Shown: piece by piece, positions 9,716-19,133 of the stretch
How the letters are laid out: every line of letters begins with the position of its first letter
How positions within the stretch are numbered: position 1 is the first letter of the stretch
IMG/VR virus record: IMGVR_UViG_3300032314_000102
Span: 1-35,971 of that record
Length of the DNA: 35,971 nt
Direction: 5' to 3' (one strand)
From: a virus
Taxonomy: Duplodnaviria; Caudoviricetes
Notes under the pieces: generated by a model
Databases searched by the model: none
The model's input: only the letters and a program-made list of their open reading frames with translations
Told to the model about the DNA's origin: nothing
Program-made: the position numbers and the translations under genes

Positions 9716-10192
9716 ATGAGCAGATTAGCAGAATCATTGAAGGTCAATTTAGATGCTATTAGAACTAGGACATTTGATTTTAAAGGTCAAGAGTTCAAGG
9801 TCAGAATTCCTAAGACTAAAGAAGCAGAAGAAATATTTAAAAAATCTGAAGCTCCACCACCAGAATTGGTGGAAGAAAAATATGTAGAGCTAACTAAAGG
9901 GATTTTGGCTAGAAAAGAAGAAGTTGAAAATTCAGATGCAGACATTCAATTTCTAGAAAATGATGTAATGATGGGTGAAACTTCTTTGAGAAAACTTGCA
10001 GAAGCTCAGGCTGGTAGCGAGATTAGAATTGTGGAATCATTCAAATTGTTAGTGCTTCCTAACGGAGAAACCCTTACAGATATTACCTATGAAGAAATTT
10101 CTGAGGATTTTCCAAAGCCTGTTCAATATGATTTGGTTAGAAAAATTGCAGAAGTAATTAGCCCTAGCTATGAGGAAATAAGAAAAAACTAA
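9716..10192 (+). CDS. Tail assembly chaperone (gpG equivalent)
   Basis: Lies before the tape measure gene and ends in the slippery sequence AGA AAA AAC TAA. Confidence 0.8.
   Translation: MSRLAESLKVNLDAIRTRTFDFKGQEFKVRIPKTKEAEEIFKKSEAPPPELVEEKYVELTKGILARKEEVENSDADIQFLENDVMMGETSLRKLAEAQAGSEIRIVESFKLLVLPNGETLTDITYEEISEDFPKPVQYDLVRKIAEVISPSYEEIRKN
10183..10189 (+). other. -1 programmed ribosomal frameshift site A AAA AAC
   Basis: X XXY YYZ heptamer just before the stop. The -1 frame (LISSIRQQAKIY-MLAHG) is open into the 10225..10533 ORF. Confidence 0.85.
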
Positions 10193-10533
10193 TTAGCTCC
10201 ATCAGACAGCAAGCTAAGATTTATATGTTGGCTCATGGAGCTAATCCAGATGAACTAGATGAAGATATTTTTAGACAAATTGTAGTCATGTATGCAGATG
10301 GACAAATTGGCAATCAAAGCATTGTTGAAGCCATTGGCAGTTTAACTACAGGGGTATATAATTATATAAGAGAGCCAAATAAACCAGCTTATAAATTACA
10401 AGAAGTAATAGGTAAGCGATTTTATGAGTATCTTTATCCACCACAAGATAATAAACAAGTAGTAAATGAAGCCCTATCTATGTTTATTACTAGGGCAAAA
10501 GGGTTTGATCCAAAAAGATTTAAGGGTGGGTAA
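10189..10533 (+). CDS. Tail assembly chaperone frameshift extension (gpT equivalent)
   Basis: Open -1 frame from 10189 that includes the 10225 ORF and abuts the tape measure start. Confidence 0.8.
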   Translation, partial: LISSIRQQAKIYMLAHGANPDELDEDIFRQIVVMYADGQIGNQSIVEAIGSLTTGVYNYIREPNKPAYKLQEVIGKRFYEYLYPPQDNKQVVNEALSMFITRAKGFDPKRFKGG

Positions 10534-12387
10534 ATGTCAATACTTGCAAGATTAGGTGTCAAACTAGCTTTAGATTCTTCTGAATTTAAGGCTGGTTTAG
10601 AAGATGCCACCAAAAACACTAAGCAATTTGAAGCCAATCAAAAGAAGGCTTTTAGAAATGCCCAGCAAGCCGCATCAGAATTTGGTGCGACTATGGGCAA
10701 GGTTGGTCTTGGTGTTGGTCTTGCTATGGCTGGTCTTTATAAAATATTTGAAAAAGCCGATGCCATATCGGATATGGCAGATGCATTTGATACCAGCATA
10801 GGTGCTATTGTTGGCATGGGCAAAGCCCTAGAAATGTCAGGTGGCAAAGCTGAAAACTTAGGAGTAATGCTTACTAAGCTGGCAGTCAATACTCAAGAAG
10901 CAAAAGATGGTAGCGACAAACTTAGAGATGCTTTTAAACAAGTAGGTATTACTGCCGCTGAAGTTCAAAAACTAAACCCAGAACAATTGATGCAAAGAGT
11001 TGCAGAGCAACTGGGAGCAATTGAAGATCCAATTTTAAGAAATGCTAAAGCAGTAGAGCTTTTGGGCAAAGCCGCCAAAGGCATAGATTGGGAAAAATAT
11101 ACAGAGCAATATAAAAAGATTGCAGATCCAGAATTGGAATCTGCTTTAAGAGATGCTGGAGATGCTTGGGATAATATCCAAAAAGGTGTAAGCAATACTT
11201 ATTACTTTATGGTTAAGCTGATTCAGCCATTGACTGCCATTGTTAATTATTTGGCAACTCTTAAAGAGCAATATCAAGAATTTAAAGATCAAGGTGGCAC
11301 AATTAACTTTGATCCTAATAACCCAATGGCTCAAGGAACTGAATTTTCTGGAGCTAATGCACCTAAAAAACCTAAAGAAGCACCAAAGCCTTTGTTAGAA
11401 GGCACAAAGTATGACAAGTTATCGGAAAAAGAAAAGTCTATTGCCGATAAAGAAAAAACTATGCTTGAAATGGCAAAGTTAATTTCAGTCGAATATGAAA
11501 GACAGCAAAAATTTGCATTACAGCAATTAGATACTAGAATCAAAATGGCTGGAATGACAAATGATGAAAGAAGGGTTCAAGAAACCATCAATCAAGTCTT
11601 GGATACAACCAGCAGAAAAATTGATGACATTACCAAAAGGCGAGAAGAAGCGGCTGGTCGTGATGCTACACAAAAAGTTTTAGATGAATATGATAGACAA
11701 ATTGCTAAGGTTCAAGAGCTTAGTGATGCTTTTGTAAAAGCCGCTCAAGCAAAAGAGCAAGCCGCCATTGCTGAACAAAGAACATTTGCGTATGGCTGGG
11801 ACAGGGCATTTGCTCAATATGCTGAAGATGCTGGCAACTATGGCAAATTAGCATCAGATATGTTCAGTTCATTTACAAGCAACATGAATACTGCAATTGA
11901 TAATTTTGTAAACACAGGAAAAATTGCATTTGGCGATTTTGCATCTAGTGTTATTAAAGACCTTATCAAAATTCAATTGCGTATGCAAATGATGCAATTG
12001 TTTAGCTCTGCCGCTGGTGGTTTATTTGGTGGATTTAATTCTACTGCTGTAGGTGCTGGAGCAAGCCCCGGTGGAGCTTTTACTGGGGTTGGTGGAGCAT
12101 CATTTACTATTGGTGCAGCGGCAGATGGTGGTTATATTGATCAACCTACATTAGTTGGCGAAAATGGACCGGAACTATTTATTCCACAAAGAGGTGGAAC
12201 TGTAATTCCAAATCAACAATTAAGTAGTCAATTAAGCAATCAAGCACAGACTGTTTACAATGGTCCGGTTATTCAAAGTATGCAAGCTATTGATACTCAG
12301 TCTGGAATTCAATTTCTTGCTAAAAATAAAATGACGATTTGGAGCATGAATCAATCTGCTAATCGTTCAATACCAGCGGGTAGATAA
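10534..12387 (+). CDS. Tail tape measure protein
   Basis: N-terminal LARLGVKLALDSSEF, helical Ala/Lys/Glu-rich body, lambda-type C-terminal region and ADGG...VGENGPELF.P motif. Confidence 0.93.
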   Translation: MSILARLGVKLALDSSEFKAGLEDATKNTKQFEANQKKAFRNAQQAASEFGATMGKVGLGVGLAMAGLYKIFEKADAISDMADAFDTSIGAIVGMGKALEMSGGKAENLGVMLTKLAVNTQEAKDGSDKLRDAFKQVGITAAEVQKLNPEQLMQRVAEQLGAIEDPILRNAKAVELLGKAAKGIDWEKYTEQYKKIADPELESALRDAGDAWDNIQKGVSNTYYFMVKLIQPLTAIVNYLATLKEQYQEFKDQGGTINFDPNNPMAQGTEFSGANAPKKPKEAPKPLLEGTKYDKLSEKEKSIADKEKTMLEMAKLISVEYERQQKFALQQLDTRIKMAGMTNDERRVQETINQVLDTTSRKIDDITKRREEAAGRDATQKVLDEYDRQIAKVQELSDAFVKAAQAKEQAAIAEQRTFAYGWDRAFAQYAEDAGNYGKLASDMFSSFTSNMNTAIDNFVNTGKIAFGDFASSVIKDLIKIQLRMQMMQLFSSAAGGLFGGFNSTAVGAGASPGGAFTGVGGASFTIGAAADGGYIDQPTLVGENGPELFIPQRGGTVIPNQQLSSQLSNQAQTVYNGPVIQSMQAIDTQSGIQFLAKNKMTIWSMNQSANRSIPAGR

Positions 12388-12389
12388 TT

Positions 12390-13079
12390 ATGAGCTTAAA
12401 TCAAATTCTCGCTATTAGCGAATCAGTAGGAATTAATGACCAAAGATTTGTTGGTCAAATGGTTAGCAGAAACCAAAGAATAAGCACTTCAGAAATCATT
12501 ACTGTTGTGCCATTTGCTTTTGAATTAAAGCCAATGAACTATCTTCTTTATAGCGAAAATAGAGCATTGCTAAACTCATTGCGAATTCCAGATAAAGCCT
12601 TGGCTCAATATTTAAATTTTGGCACTACAGGCTGGGAAAATTATATTTATTATCAAGGCGAAATGACATCTGGGCAAATTTCTACTGCTCAATGGCAAAC
12701 CAGTTCAGCTAATAAAAATTTAGTATTGGGCAATTTGCCAAACAACACAGATATGCCATCTAACAAATATGTTGTTCGTGCTGGTGATTTTTGTCAGGTT
12801 GGATTGTATTCTTATATTGCAACTGCTGATGTATTGCGTGGCTCTGGATCTACTGTTACTATCCCTGTTCATCGCAACTTAATTACTACATTAGTCAGCC
12901 CAGTTAATGCTGTTATTGGACAATATGGAACAACAGTAAGCATGGGTGGAACAACTTATACAGGGATTACATTTCAGGTTGTTCTTAGGGATTACCCTAC
13001 ATATACTTTAAAACCAATCACTAATGATTCTTTTATTGAATGGTCTGGATCATTTAGAGCTTTTGAAAGTGTCCTATGA
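12390..13079 (+). CDS. Distal tail / minor tail protein
   Basis: First gene after the tape measure, with AGDF.Q.G and a C-terminal F.E motif typical of siphovirus distal tail proteins. Confidence 0.6.
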   Translation: MSLNQILAISESVGINDQRFVGQMVSRNQRISTSEIITVVPFAFELKPMNYLLYSENRALLNSLRIPDKALAQYLNFGTTGWENYIYYQGEMTSGQISTAQWQTSSANKNLVLGNLPNNTDMPSNKYVVRAGDFCQVGLYSYIATADVLRGSGSTVTIPVHRNLITTLVSPVNAVIGQYGTTVSMGGTTYTGITFQVVLRDYPTYTLKPITNDSFIEWSGSFRAFESVL

Positions 13080-13681
13080 ATGTAATTCCACCAGTAAACA
13101 ATACAAATAATATTCGATATGCAGATTTTGTTAGGGTAACTACACCTGATGCAATCTATCGCTTTGCATCTACAGCATCAGCAATTACAGTTCCAGAAGT
13201 TGATTCACAGCCATTTGATGCTTTGGGAGTATTAATTAAAGTAGGCGATACTCAAAGAGATATTAAATCTACTGCAAATGAAACCACTTTTACTTTGGTT
13301 GGTATTGATACAGCCGCTTTAGGCTGGGTATTGGGAAACCAAATTAAGGGAAGCCAAATTGAAGCATGGAAAGGCTTTTTTAATACTGATGGTGAATTGC
13401 TAACAACTGGTGGATCAGGTGGTTTGTATCAATTCTTTAATGGCTATATTAACTCTTTTGCTATTGATGAAACTTGGATGGAAGAAATAAGGGCATTTGT
13501 TGGTGTTATTACAGTTGCCGCATCTTCTATTCAACTAATACTTAAAAATAGAACTGCTGGAAGATATACCAATAATAATAATTGGCAATTTTTTAATGCT
13601 GGTGATACCAGTATGGATAGAGTTGCTTTTATTACTAATATTAATTACAACTTTGGCAAAGGAGCATCGCCAAACTCATGA
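13076..13681 (+). CDS. Minor tail protein (gpL/hub-like)
   Basis: Position plus F.GYI and RYTN...Q.F..GD...D.V pattern. Confidence 0.6.
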   Translation: MNVIPPVNNTNNIRYADFVRVTTPDAIYRFASTASAITVPEVDSQPFDALGVLIKVGDTQRDIKSTANETTFTLVGIDTAALGWVLGNQIKGSQIEAWKGFFNTDGELLTTGGSGGLYQFFNGYINSFAIDETWMEEIRAFVGVITVAASSIQLILKNRTAGRYTNNNNWQFFNAGDTSMDRVAFITNINYNFGKGASPNS

Positions 13682-14112
13682 TAAGACAAGCCACAAGACA
13701 AGATAAAGAGCAGATTATTGAATTAATGAAATTGTTTAGAGCAGAATCTAATATTAAACAATATCAGGGATTAGATAATGAGCCATATTGGAATAAGATG
13801 TTAGATACAATATTGGCTGGTGCTGGAATTATATTTATAGAAGATAATGTGGGATTAATAATGGCAATTATTACTCCTACAGTATGGTGCGACAAAACCT
13901 TATATATGCAAGAATTGGCATGGTATGTTAAACCAGAAAAAAGAAATACAAGTATTGGATATAGATTATTAAAAAAATATGTTGAATATGGAAATAAGTT
14001 AAAAGAAGAAGGCAGAATAGCTATGTTTGCAATAGCAAAAATGGTTACTAGCCCTGATATAAAGTATGGAAAATTTGGGTTTACAAAATTAGATGAAAAT
14101 TGGATTCAATAA
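13678..14112 (+). CDS. GNAT-family acetyltransferase in the tail module
   Basis: MIRQAT..D start, WYVKPEKRNTSIGYRLL acetyl-CoA motif A and Y.KFGF motif B. Confidence 0.85.
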   Translation: MIRQATRQDKEQIIELMKLFRAESNIKQYQGLDNEPYWNKMLDTILAGAGIIFIEDNVGLIMAIITPTVWCDKTLYMQELAWYVKPEKRNTSIGYRLLKKYVEYGNKLKEEGRIAMFAIAKMVTSPDIKYGKFGFTKLDENWIQ

Positions 14113-17100
14113 TGAATAAAAAAATACTGGTATTTTTATCTTTGCTAACATTAGCATCACCAGTATTTGCTATTGGTGCAACCATTGTAGTTGCATTGGG
14201 CTATTCTGCGGCAGTTGGTACAGTAGGATTTTTTGCGGCTATGGCAATCAATATGGTTGTAGCCATGATTGTCACAAAGGCTTTTTCTAATCAACCCTCA
14301 TTTGATACTGGAATATCTGGTGGTAGCGAAAACCCCGGTAATCGCCAACAAATTTCTCCAGCAACAGATAATAAACTTCCTGTGCTTTATGGCTCTGCTT
14401 ATGTTGGTGGAACTGTAACAGACCTTACTATTAGCGAAGATAATCAGCAAATTTATTATGTGCTTTCTATTGCAGAAGTAACCAATACAAATGATGGACA
14501 AACCCCTGATGAATATACATTTGGTGATATTTATTTTGGTGGCAAATTAGTTACTTTTCAAGGAAATGGATATACAGTAGCAAGCCTTACAGATGAATCA
14601 ACTGGTATTGTAGATACAACTGTTAATGGAAGAATTGAATTTTATCTTTATAGCAATGGATCAAACAGCCCAGTAAATTCTCCATATACTGCTATTGAAG
14701 TATTGCAAGCATCTGGGCTTACTTATACATGGGATGACACTAAATTAATGAGCAATTGTGCTTTTGCAATTCTTCATTTGTCTTATAGTCAATCAGCCAA
14801 CATTCGTGGTCTTGAGGCAACAAAATTCCAAATTACAAATCCCAGAAGCTCTACTGGAGATTGTTTTTATGATTATTTAATTAATACCAGATATGGTTGT
14901 GCTATTCCAGCCAATCAAATTAATACTGATAGTCTTGATGCTCTTACTGTGTATTCAGATGAAAATTTTGAATATATCCCTTATGGTGGTGGATATGCAA
15001 CACAACCAAGATTTAAGTTTAATGGCACATTAGATACAACCAAAACAGTCATGCAAAATTTACAAGACATGGCTACTTGTTGTGATTGCTTAATTAAATA
15101 TAATGAAATTACTGCACAATGGGGTGTAATAGTTCAAAAGCCTGATTATGAAACAGTAATGGATATTACTGATAGCAATATGATTTCTGCTATTAGCATT
15201 ACTCCATTAGATATTGCCAATTCTTATAATATTATTGAAGCAAAATTCCCAGATGAATCAAATCAAGATGCATTTAATTCTTCTACATTTGATTTGGCAC
15301 AAATTAATCCATCGCTTTTATATCCCAATGAGCCTGTAAATAAAGTATCTATTAGTTTGCCATTAACTAATAATAGTGTTACTGCACAATATATTGCTAA
15401 TAGATTATTAAAAGCTGGTCGTGAAGATTTGCAAATGCAAGTTACTGTTAATTTTGAAGGCATCCAATTAGATGCTGGAGATATTGTATCTGTAACAAAC
15501 TCAAATTATGGCTGGACAGATAAACCATTTAGAATTAATAAAGTTGTTCAAGCATTTAATGATGATGGTTCTATTGGTGTTCAGCTTAATATGTCTGAAT
15601 ACAATGCTTCTGTTTATGATGATGTAATGGTAACTCAATTTACCCCAGCACCTAATACTGGTATTGGAGATCCCACATTTTTTGGCATTCCAGAAGCCCC
15701 ACAAATAATATCTCAATTTCCAACTGCCACAAATCCATCTTTTGTTGTTCAAGTAAAAACTGCTCCTTCTGGCATTACACAATATGCTGAAGTTTGGTAT
15801 TCAGCTTTTGCTAATCCATTGCAAGAGCAAATGTATTTTGCTGGCACAAGTGAAATTCAATCTAATGGAACACCTTGGAATGTAAATACAATTCTTCCAA
15901 ACATTACATTAACTAATATTCCAGCCGGTGATTGGTATTTCTTTAGCAGAATGGTTAATAGTCTTGCTTCTTCTGCTTATAGCCCTCATAGCACTTTATT
16001 GCAATGGAGACCAACAACATTTCAATATGCTTATCAAAATTTGAATGTTGCTTATGCTGATGCTATTGATGGCACAGGATTTAGTCTTAACCCAAGAAAC
16101 AAAACTTATTATGGTTTGCATAATACTGCCAATACTGATGTCAGCACAGATCCAGCAGATTACACATGGTATCTAGCACCTACAGCTTTTGGAACAAATG
16201 TATATTTATTATTTAGCAATAGAACTGGTCGTAAATTTAGTTTTTCTACTGGTTTTGCTGATTATGCCGCTGGTACTGCCGCTTTTGTTCCAACACAAAT
16301 TCTTGTATATGACCCTTCAATTTGGAATGGTTTGCCTGATGGCACAAATAATATTAATCTTGATGTAAGAACTGGACAATTAACCACTACAGGAACTACA
16401 TCTGTTGGTACTGGACAAGTCAAAATCTACAATAATGCTGATGGAAACATTGTTGCTGGCTTGCAAGAATACTTAGATTTTGGCGGTCCATATACAAAAA
16501 CTTCTTCTGTAGCGACTTTAACCATTGATATTTATGGTCGTGTAGTAGGATTTCAGACCCCAGATGATTTCTATTACACAGAACAGCAATTTACAGCTAC
16601 TTCTGGTCAAACTGTGTTTACAGTAACTAGATCATCAGGATATATAAGTGGTCAATGCTTAGTATTCCAAAATGGCTGTTTATTAAATCCTAGCGAATAT
16701 ACCGATACTGGTGGCTCAACTGGCACAGTTACTTTGGCTACAGGGGCTACTTTAGGGGACAAAATTACCATTGTGTCCATGAAATCTGTAAATAGCACAA
16801 CTGGGGTATATGCTTCTTTTACTAGAAATTCAGCCAGCCTAAGCAATCAGGGCTCTTATACTGCATCAGGGTTTACCATTACAGATGGCTATGAATTGCT
16901 TTTCCTTAATGGAACTGTGGTAAATGCCCAAGATTACAATTTATCAGACCAAACTATTACCTTTGTTGGCAATACTTCTGGGGACTTAGAGGTAATCCAA
17001 TGGTCACCAAATAACCTTGGGGTAGCCAATGGAACACCAGTAAATGTGGATGCTTTTACAGTAATTGGACAATCTAATTACAGTTTTAGCTACAATATTA

Positions 17101-17252
17101 ATGCTTTTAATCTATATAATAATGGAATATTGCAGTTTAATGGAACAGATTTTACAGCTACATCAGGATCGCTTTATACTTTAACAACAACCCCAACAGT
17201 AAATACTAACATTTTAGTGCAACAAACTTTTGCCAGAACAGGAGCAGTCTAA
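14112..17252 (+). CDS. Tail tip / central fibre protein (gpJ-like) with hydrophobic N-terminus and three C-terminal beta repeats
   Basis: LPVLYG...VGG, DYL.NTRYG and L.AGDIV.V motifs. Start placed at 14112 on the basis of a TAATG overlap. Confidence 0.85.
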   Translation: MNKKILVFLSLLTLASPVFAIGATIVVALGYSAAVGTVGFFAAMAINMVVAMIVTKAFSNQPSFDTGISGGSENPGNRQQISPATDNKLPVLYGSAYVGGTVTDLTISEDNQQIYYVLSIAEVTNTNDGQTPDEYTFGDIYFGGKLVTFQGNGYTVASLTDESTGIVDTTVNGRIEFYLYSNGSNSPVNSPYTAIEVLQASGLTYTWDDTKLMSNCAFAILHLSYSQSANIRGLEATKFQITNPRSSTGDCFYDYLINTRYGCAIPANQINTDSLDALTVYSDENFEYIPYGGGYATQPRFKFNGTLDTTKTVMQNLQDMATCCDCLIKYNEITAQWGVIVQKPDYETVMDITDSNMISAISITPLDIANSYNIIEAKFPDESNQDAFNSSTFDLAQINPSLLYPNEPVNKVSISLPLTNNSVTAQYIANRLLKAGREDLQMQVTVNFEGIQLDAGDIVSVTNSNYGWTDKPFRINKVVQAFNDDGSIGVQLNMSEYNASVYDDVMVTQFTPAPNTGIGDPTFFGIPEAPQIISQFPTATNPSFVVQVKTAPSGITQYAEVWYSAFANPLQEQMYFAGTSEIQSNGTPWNVNTILPNITLTNIPAGDWYFFSRMVNSLASSAYSPHSTLLQWRPTTFQYAYQNLNVAYADAIDGTGFSLNPRNKTYYGLHNTANTDVSTDPADYTWYLAPTAFGTNVYLLFSNRTGRKFSFSTGFADYAAGTAAFVPTQILVYDPSIWNGLPDGTNNINLDVRTGQLTTTGTTSVGTGQVKIYNNADGNIVAGLQEYLDFGGPYTKTSSVATLTIDIYGRVVGFQTPDDFYYTEQQFTATSGQTVFTVTRSSGYISGQCLVFQNGCLLNPSEYTDTGGSTGTVTLATGATLGDKITIVSMKSVNSTTGVYASFTRNSASLSNQGSYTASGFTITDGYELLFLNGTVVNAQDYNLSDQTITFVGNTSGDLEVIQWSPNNLGVANGTPVNVDAFTVIGQSNYSFSYNINAFNLYNNGILQFNGTDFTATSGSLYTLTTTPTVNTNILVQQTFARTGAV

Positions 17253-17870
17253 ATGACACAAGCCTTTAACCTATCGCAATTTGCGAACAAACTAAATTCA
17301 TCAGGTCAAACTGATAATACTGGTTTACAGAATAGTTCTGTAACTGTTACCCCTGGGACAGCATTATCTGGTGGTGGTGCTATTGCTCTTGGTGGTTCTG
17401 CAACTATAAACCATGCAAACTCTGGTGTAACTGCTAATACTTATACTGCGGCAACAATTACAGTAAATGCACAAGGGCATATTACTTCTGCATCAAGCAA
17501 TAGTATTGGTGCTGGAACAGTAACCTCAGTAGCTACTGGTAATGGACTACAAGGTGGAACAATTACAAGTTCTGGAACTTTGTCTGTTGCTTGCCCCGGA
17601 TTTAATACTGTTGGAAGTTATGTTATGGGTGGCGATAGTAGTGGTGCTAGTAATAATTCAGTTTTTAGTAGTGGAAGCAATTATTCTGCTGGCGGTGGTG
17701 CTAATCAAGTTAAGTCTGCTGGACAAACAACTTTTGGTCATTGTGGTCTTGGTATTGATTTAGCTGACAATTTATCAGGAACATGGAAATACATGGGTGC
17801 TACCATTCGAATATCTGAAGCTGGTGCTAGCGGTGGAACTGGGGTTGGTTTATTTTGTCGTGTTGCTTAA
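17253..17870 (+). CDS. Short tail fibre-like protein
   Basis: Gly/Ser/Thr-rich, ITVNAQGHIT and GTVTSV..G.GL.GG repeats, C-terminal LSGTWKYMG...LFCRVA. Confidence 0.75.
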   Translation: MTQAFNLSQFANKLNSSGQTDNTGLQNSSVTVTPGTALSGGGAIALGGSATINHANSGVTANTYTAATITVNAQGHITSASSNSIGAGTVTSVATGNGLQGGTITSSGTLSVACPGFNTVGSYVMGGDSSGASNNSVFSSGSNYSAGGGANQVKSAGQTTFGHCGLGIDLADNLSGTWKYMGATIRISEAGASGGTGVGLFCRVA

Positions 17871-17884
17871 TAAAGGAAAATAAA

Positions 17885-18130
17885 ATGCTAACAATTGAAT
17901 ATGCAAAAGACCCAGTTTGGAATGATGCACAACATACTGCAATTAATTTAATTGTAAAATTTGAAGAAATGGCTGATGAACTTCCATTTTTAGCAACTCC
18001 TTATGACCCAATGCCTTATGGTGTAGAGTTATTTAATAATGCCGTTGCTGGTGATTATGGAACTATTGCCCCTTATGTTCCACCACCCTTACAAGACCAA
18101 CCACAAACCACAGGAACACAATCTGCATAA
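17885..18130 (+). CDS. Tail fibre assembly chaperone-like protein
   Basis: PF.ATP.D...YG.ELF..A..G.YG.I..Y pattern, AAGGA RBS before 17885, follows the fibre gene. Confidence 0.65.
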   Translation: MLTIEYAKDPVWNDAQHTAINLIVKFEEMADELPFLATPYDPMPYGVELFNNAVAGDYGTIAPYVPPPLQDQPQTTGTQSA

Positions 18131-18303
18131 TGGAATATGGGATTTATCCTAACTCTAGCCCAGAGTTTCGTATGTTTCAAAAAGAAATTGGAACAATAGA
18201 AATGCAGGTGCGATATATAAATGCACCAATGGGATATGTTGGTAAATGGATGCCTGTAAAAACGAAAAAAGCAAATGGTCAAACAAGCCAACTTACGACA
18301 TAG
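18130..18303 (+). CDS. Small hypothetical protein, 57 aa (not in the ORF track)
   Basis: MEYGIYPNSSPEFRMF...TT*, with TAATG coupling to the upstream stop. Fills the gap. Confidence 0.6.
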   Translation: MEYGIYPNSSPEFRMFQKEIGTIEMQVRYINAPMGYVGKWMPVKTKKANGQTSQLTT

Positions 18304-18556
18304 TTTTACTTATGATGGAACACAATTAAGTGTGTATCATGCCAACATAGGTGAAGGTTTGCCAAAGCATGAACATAATTATTCTCATGCAACAATTTGT
18401 AATGCTGGTTCTTGTTTAGTAAGTCTTGAAGGTCGTAGCTATACAATTAATAAGGATAGCCAGCCTTTAAATTTACCCGCTGGTGAGTGGCATGAAATTG
18501 AAGCATTAGAAGATGGAACAGTATTTGTAAATGTATTTGCTGAAGGCAAGTATTGA
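18275..18556 (+). CDS. Cupin-domain protein
   Basis: LPKHEHNYSH...C.AG and PAGEWHEIEALED metal-binding cupin motifs. Confidence 0.85.
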   Translation: MVKQANLRHSFTYDGTQLSVYHANIGEGLPKHEHNYSHATICNAGSCLVSLEGRSYTINKDSQPLNLPAGEWHEIEALEDGTVFVNVFAEGKY

Positions 18557-18565
18557 AGTTAAAAT
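18537..18565 (+). promoter_or_regulatory. Putative sigma70 promoter for the fibre/glycosylation cassette
   Basis: TTGCTG, 17 nt spacer, TAAAAT. Confidence 0.45.
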
Positions 18566-18638
18566 AAACAAAAAAGACAATATATGATTCGTAGGTGAGT
18601 GGAGTGCCATTCCCTATTAACCGAGAATTGGAGAAATC

Positions 18639-19124
18639 ATGGCAGTCTTTAACAAGAACACACTTACACAAGTAAGTGGGTTTGACAATCAAATTATTGC
18701 TGGCGAACTTGTCTGGCAACAAAAAACTTTTTGGAATTTGCAATTATTGGACAATGATGGAATTGCCATTAATCTTGCAGATGCCACAATTGATGCACAA
18801 ATCATTCGCAGAACATTAACCAATGTTCGAGATAGTCGGTATGGATTGACTTTTGATATTGGCGATTACACACCAACTCCAGATCCTATTGATTTGACCA
18901 TTACAAATATTAGCGATGTTGATGGGTCATTTACACTTGTAATTGATGATGATGCTTGGGATTTAATTGCTGGGCAACCAGAATTGGATATAGCAAATGT
19001 CAATGGTGCTGGCTTTTCTGGTCGCATTAAAATTTCTTTTTCGGCATCTGGTACAACTCCAGCAAATGACTTGATTATTTTCTTGTTATTTATTGTTCGT
19101 TCTGATGCTATTGTTAATAATTAA
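18639..19124 (+). CDS. Putative virion structural protein (fibre anchor / Ig-like)
   Basis: Acidic beta-rich 161 aa, DG.AINL..ATI.AQI pattern, GGAG RBS, precedes the repeat fibre. Confidence 0.5.
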   Translation: MAVFNKNTLTQVSGFDNQIIAGELVWQQKTFWNLQLLDNDGIAINLADATIDAQIIRRTLTNVRDSRYGLTFDIGDYTPTPDPIDLTITNISDVDGSFTLVIDDDAWDLIAGQPELDIANVNGAGFSGRIKISFSASGTTPANDLIIFLLFIVRSDAIVNN

Positions 19125-19133
19125 GGTCTAGTC

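Noticed and set aside
285-16846. Minus-strand ORFs of 60-90 aa within the structural operon
   Set aside because: They are antisense shadows of well-supported + strand genes, without RBS or motifs.
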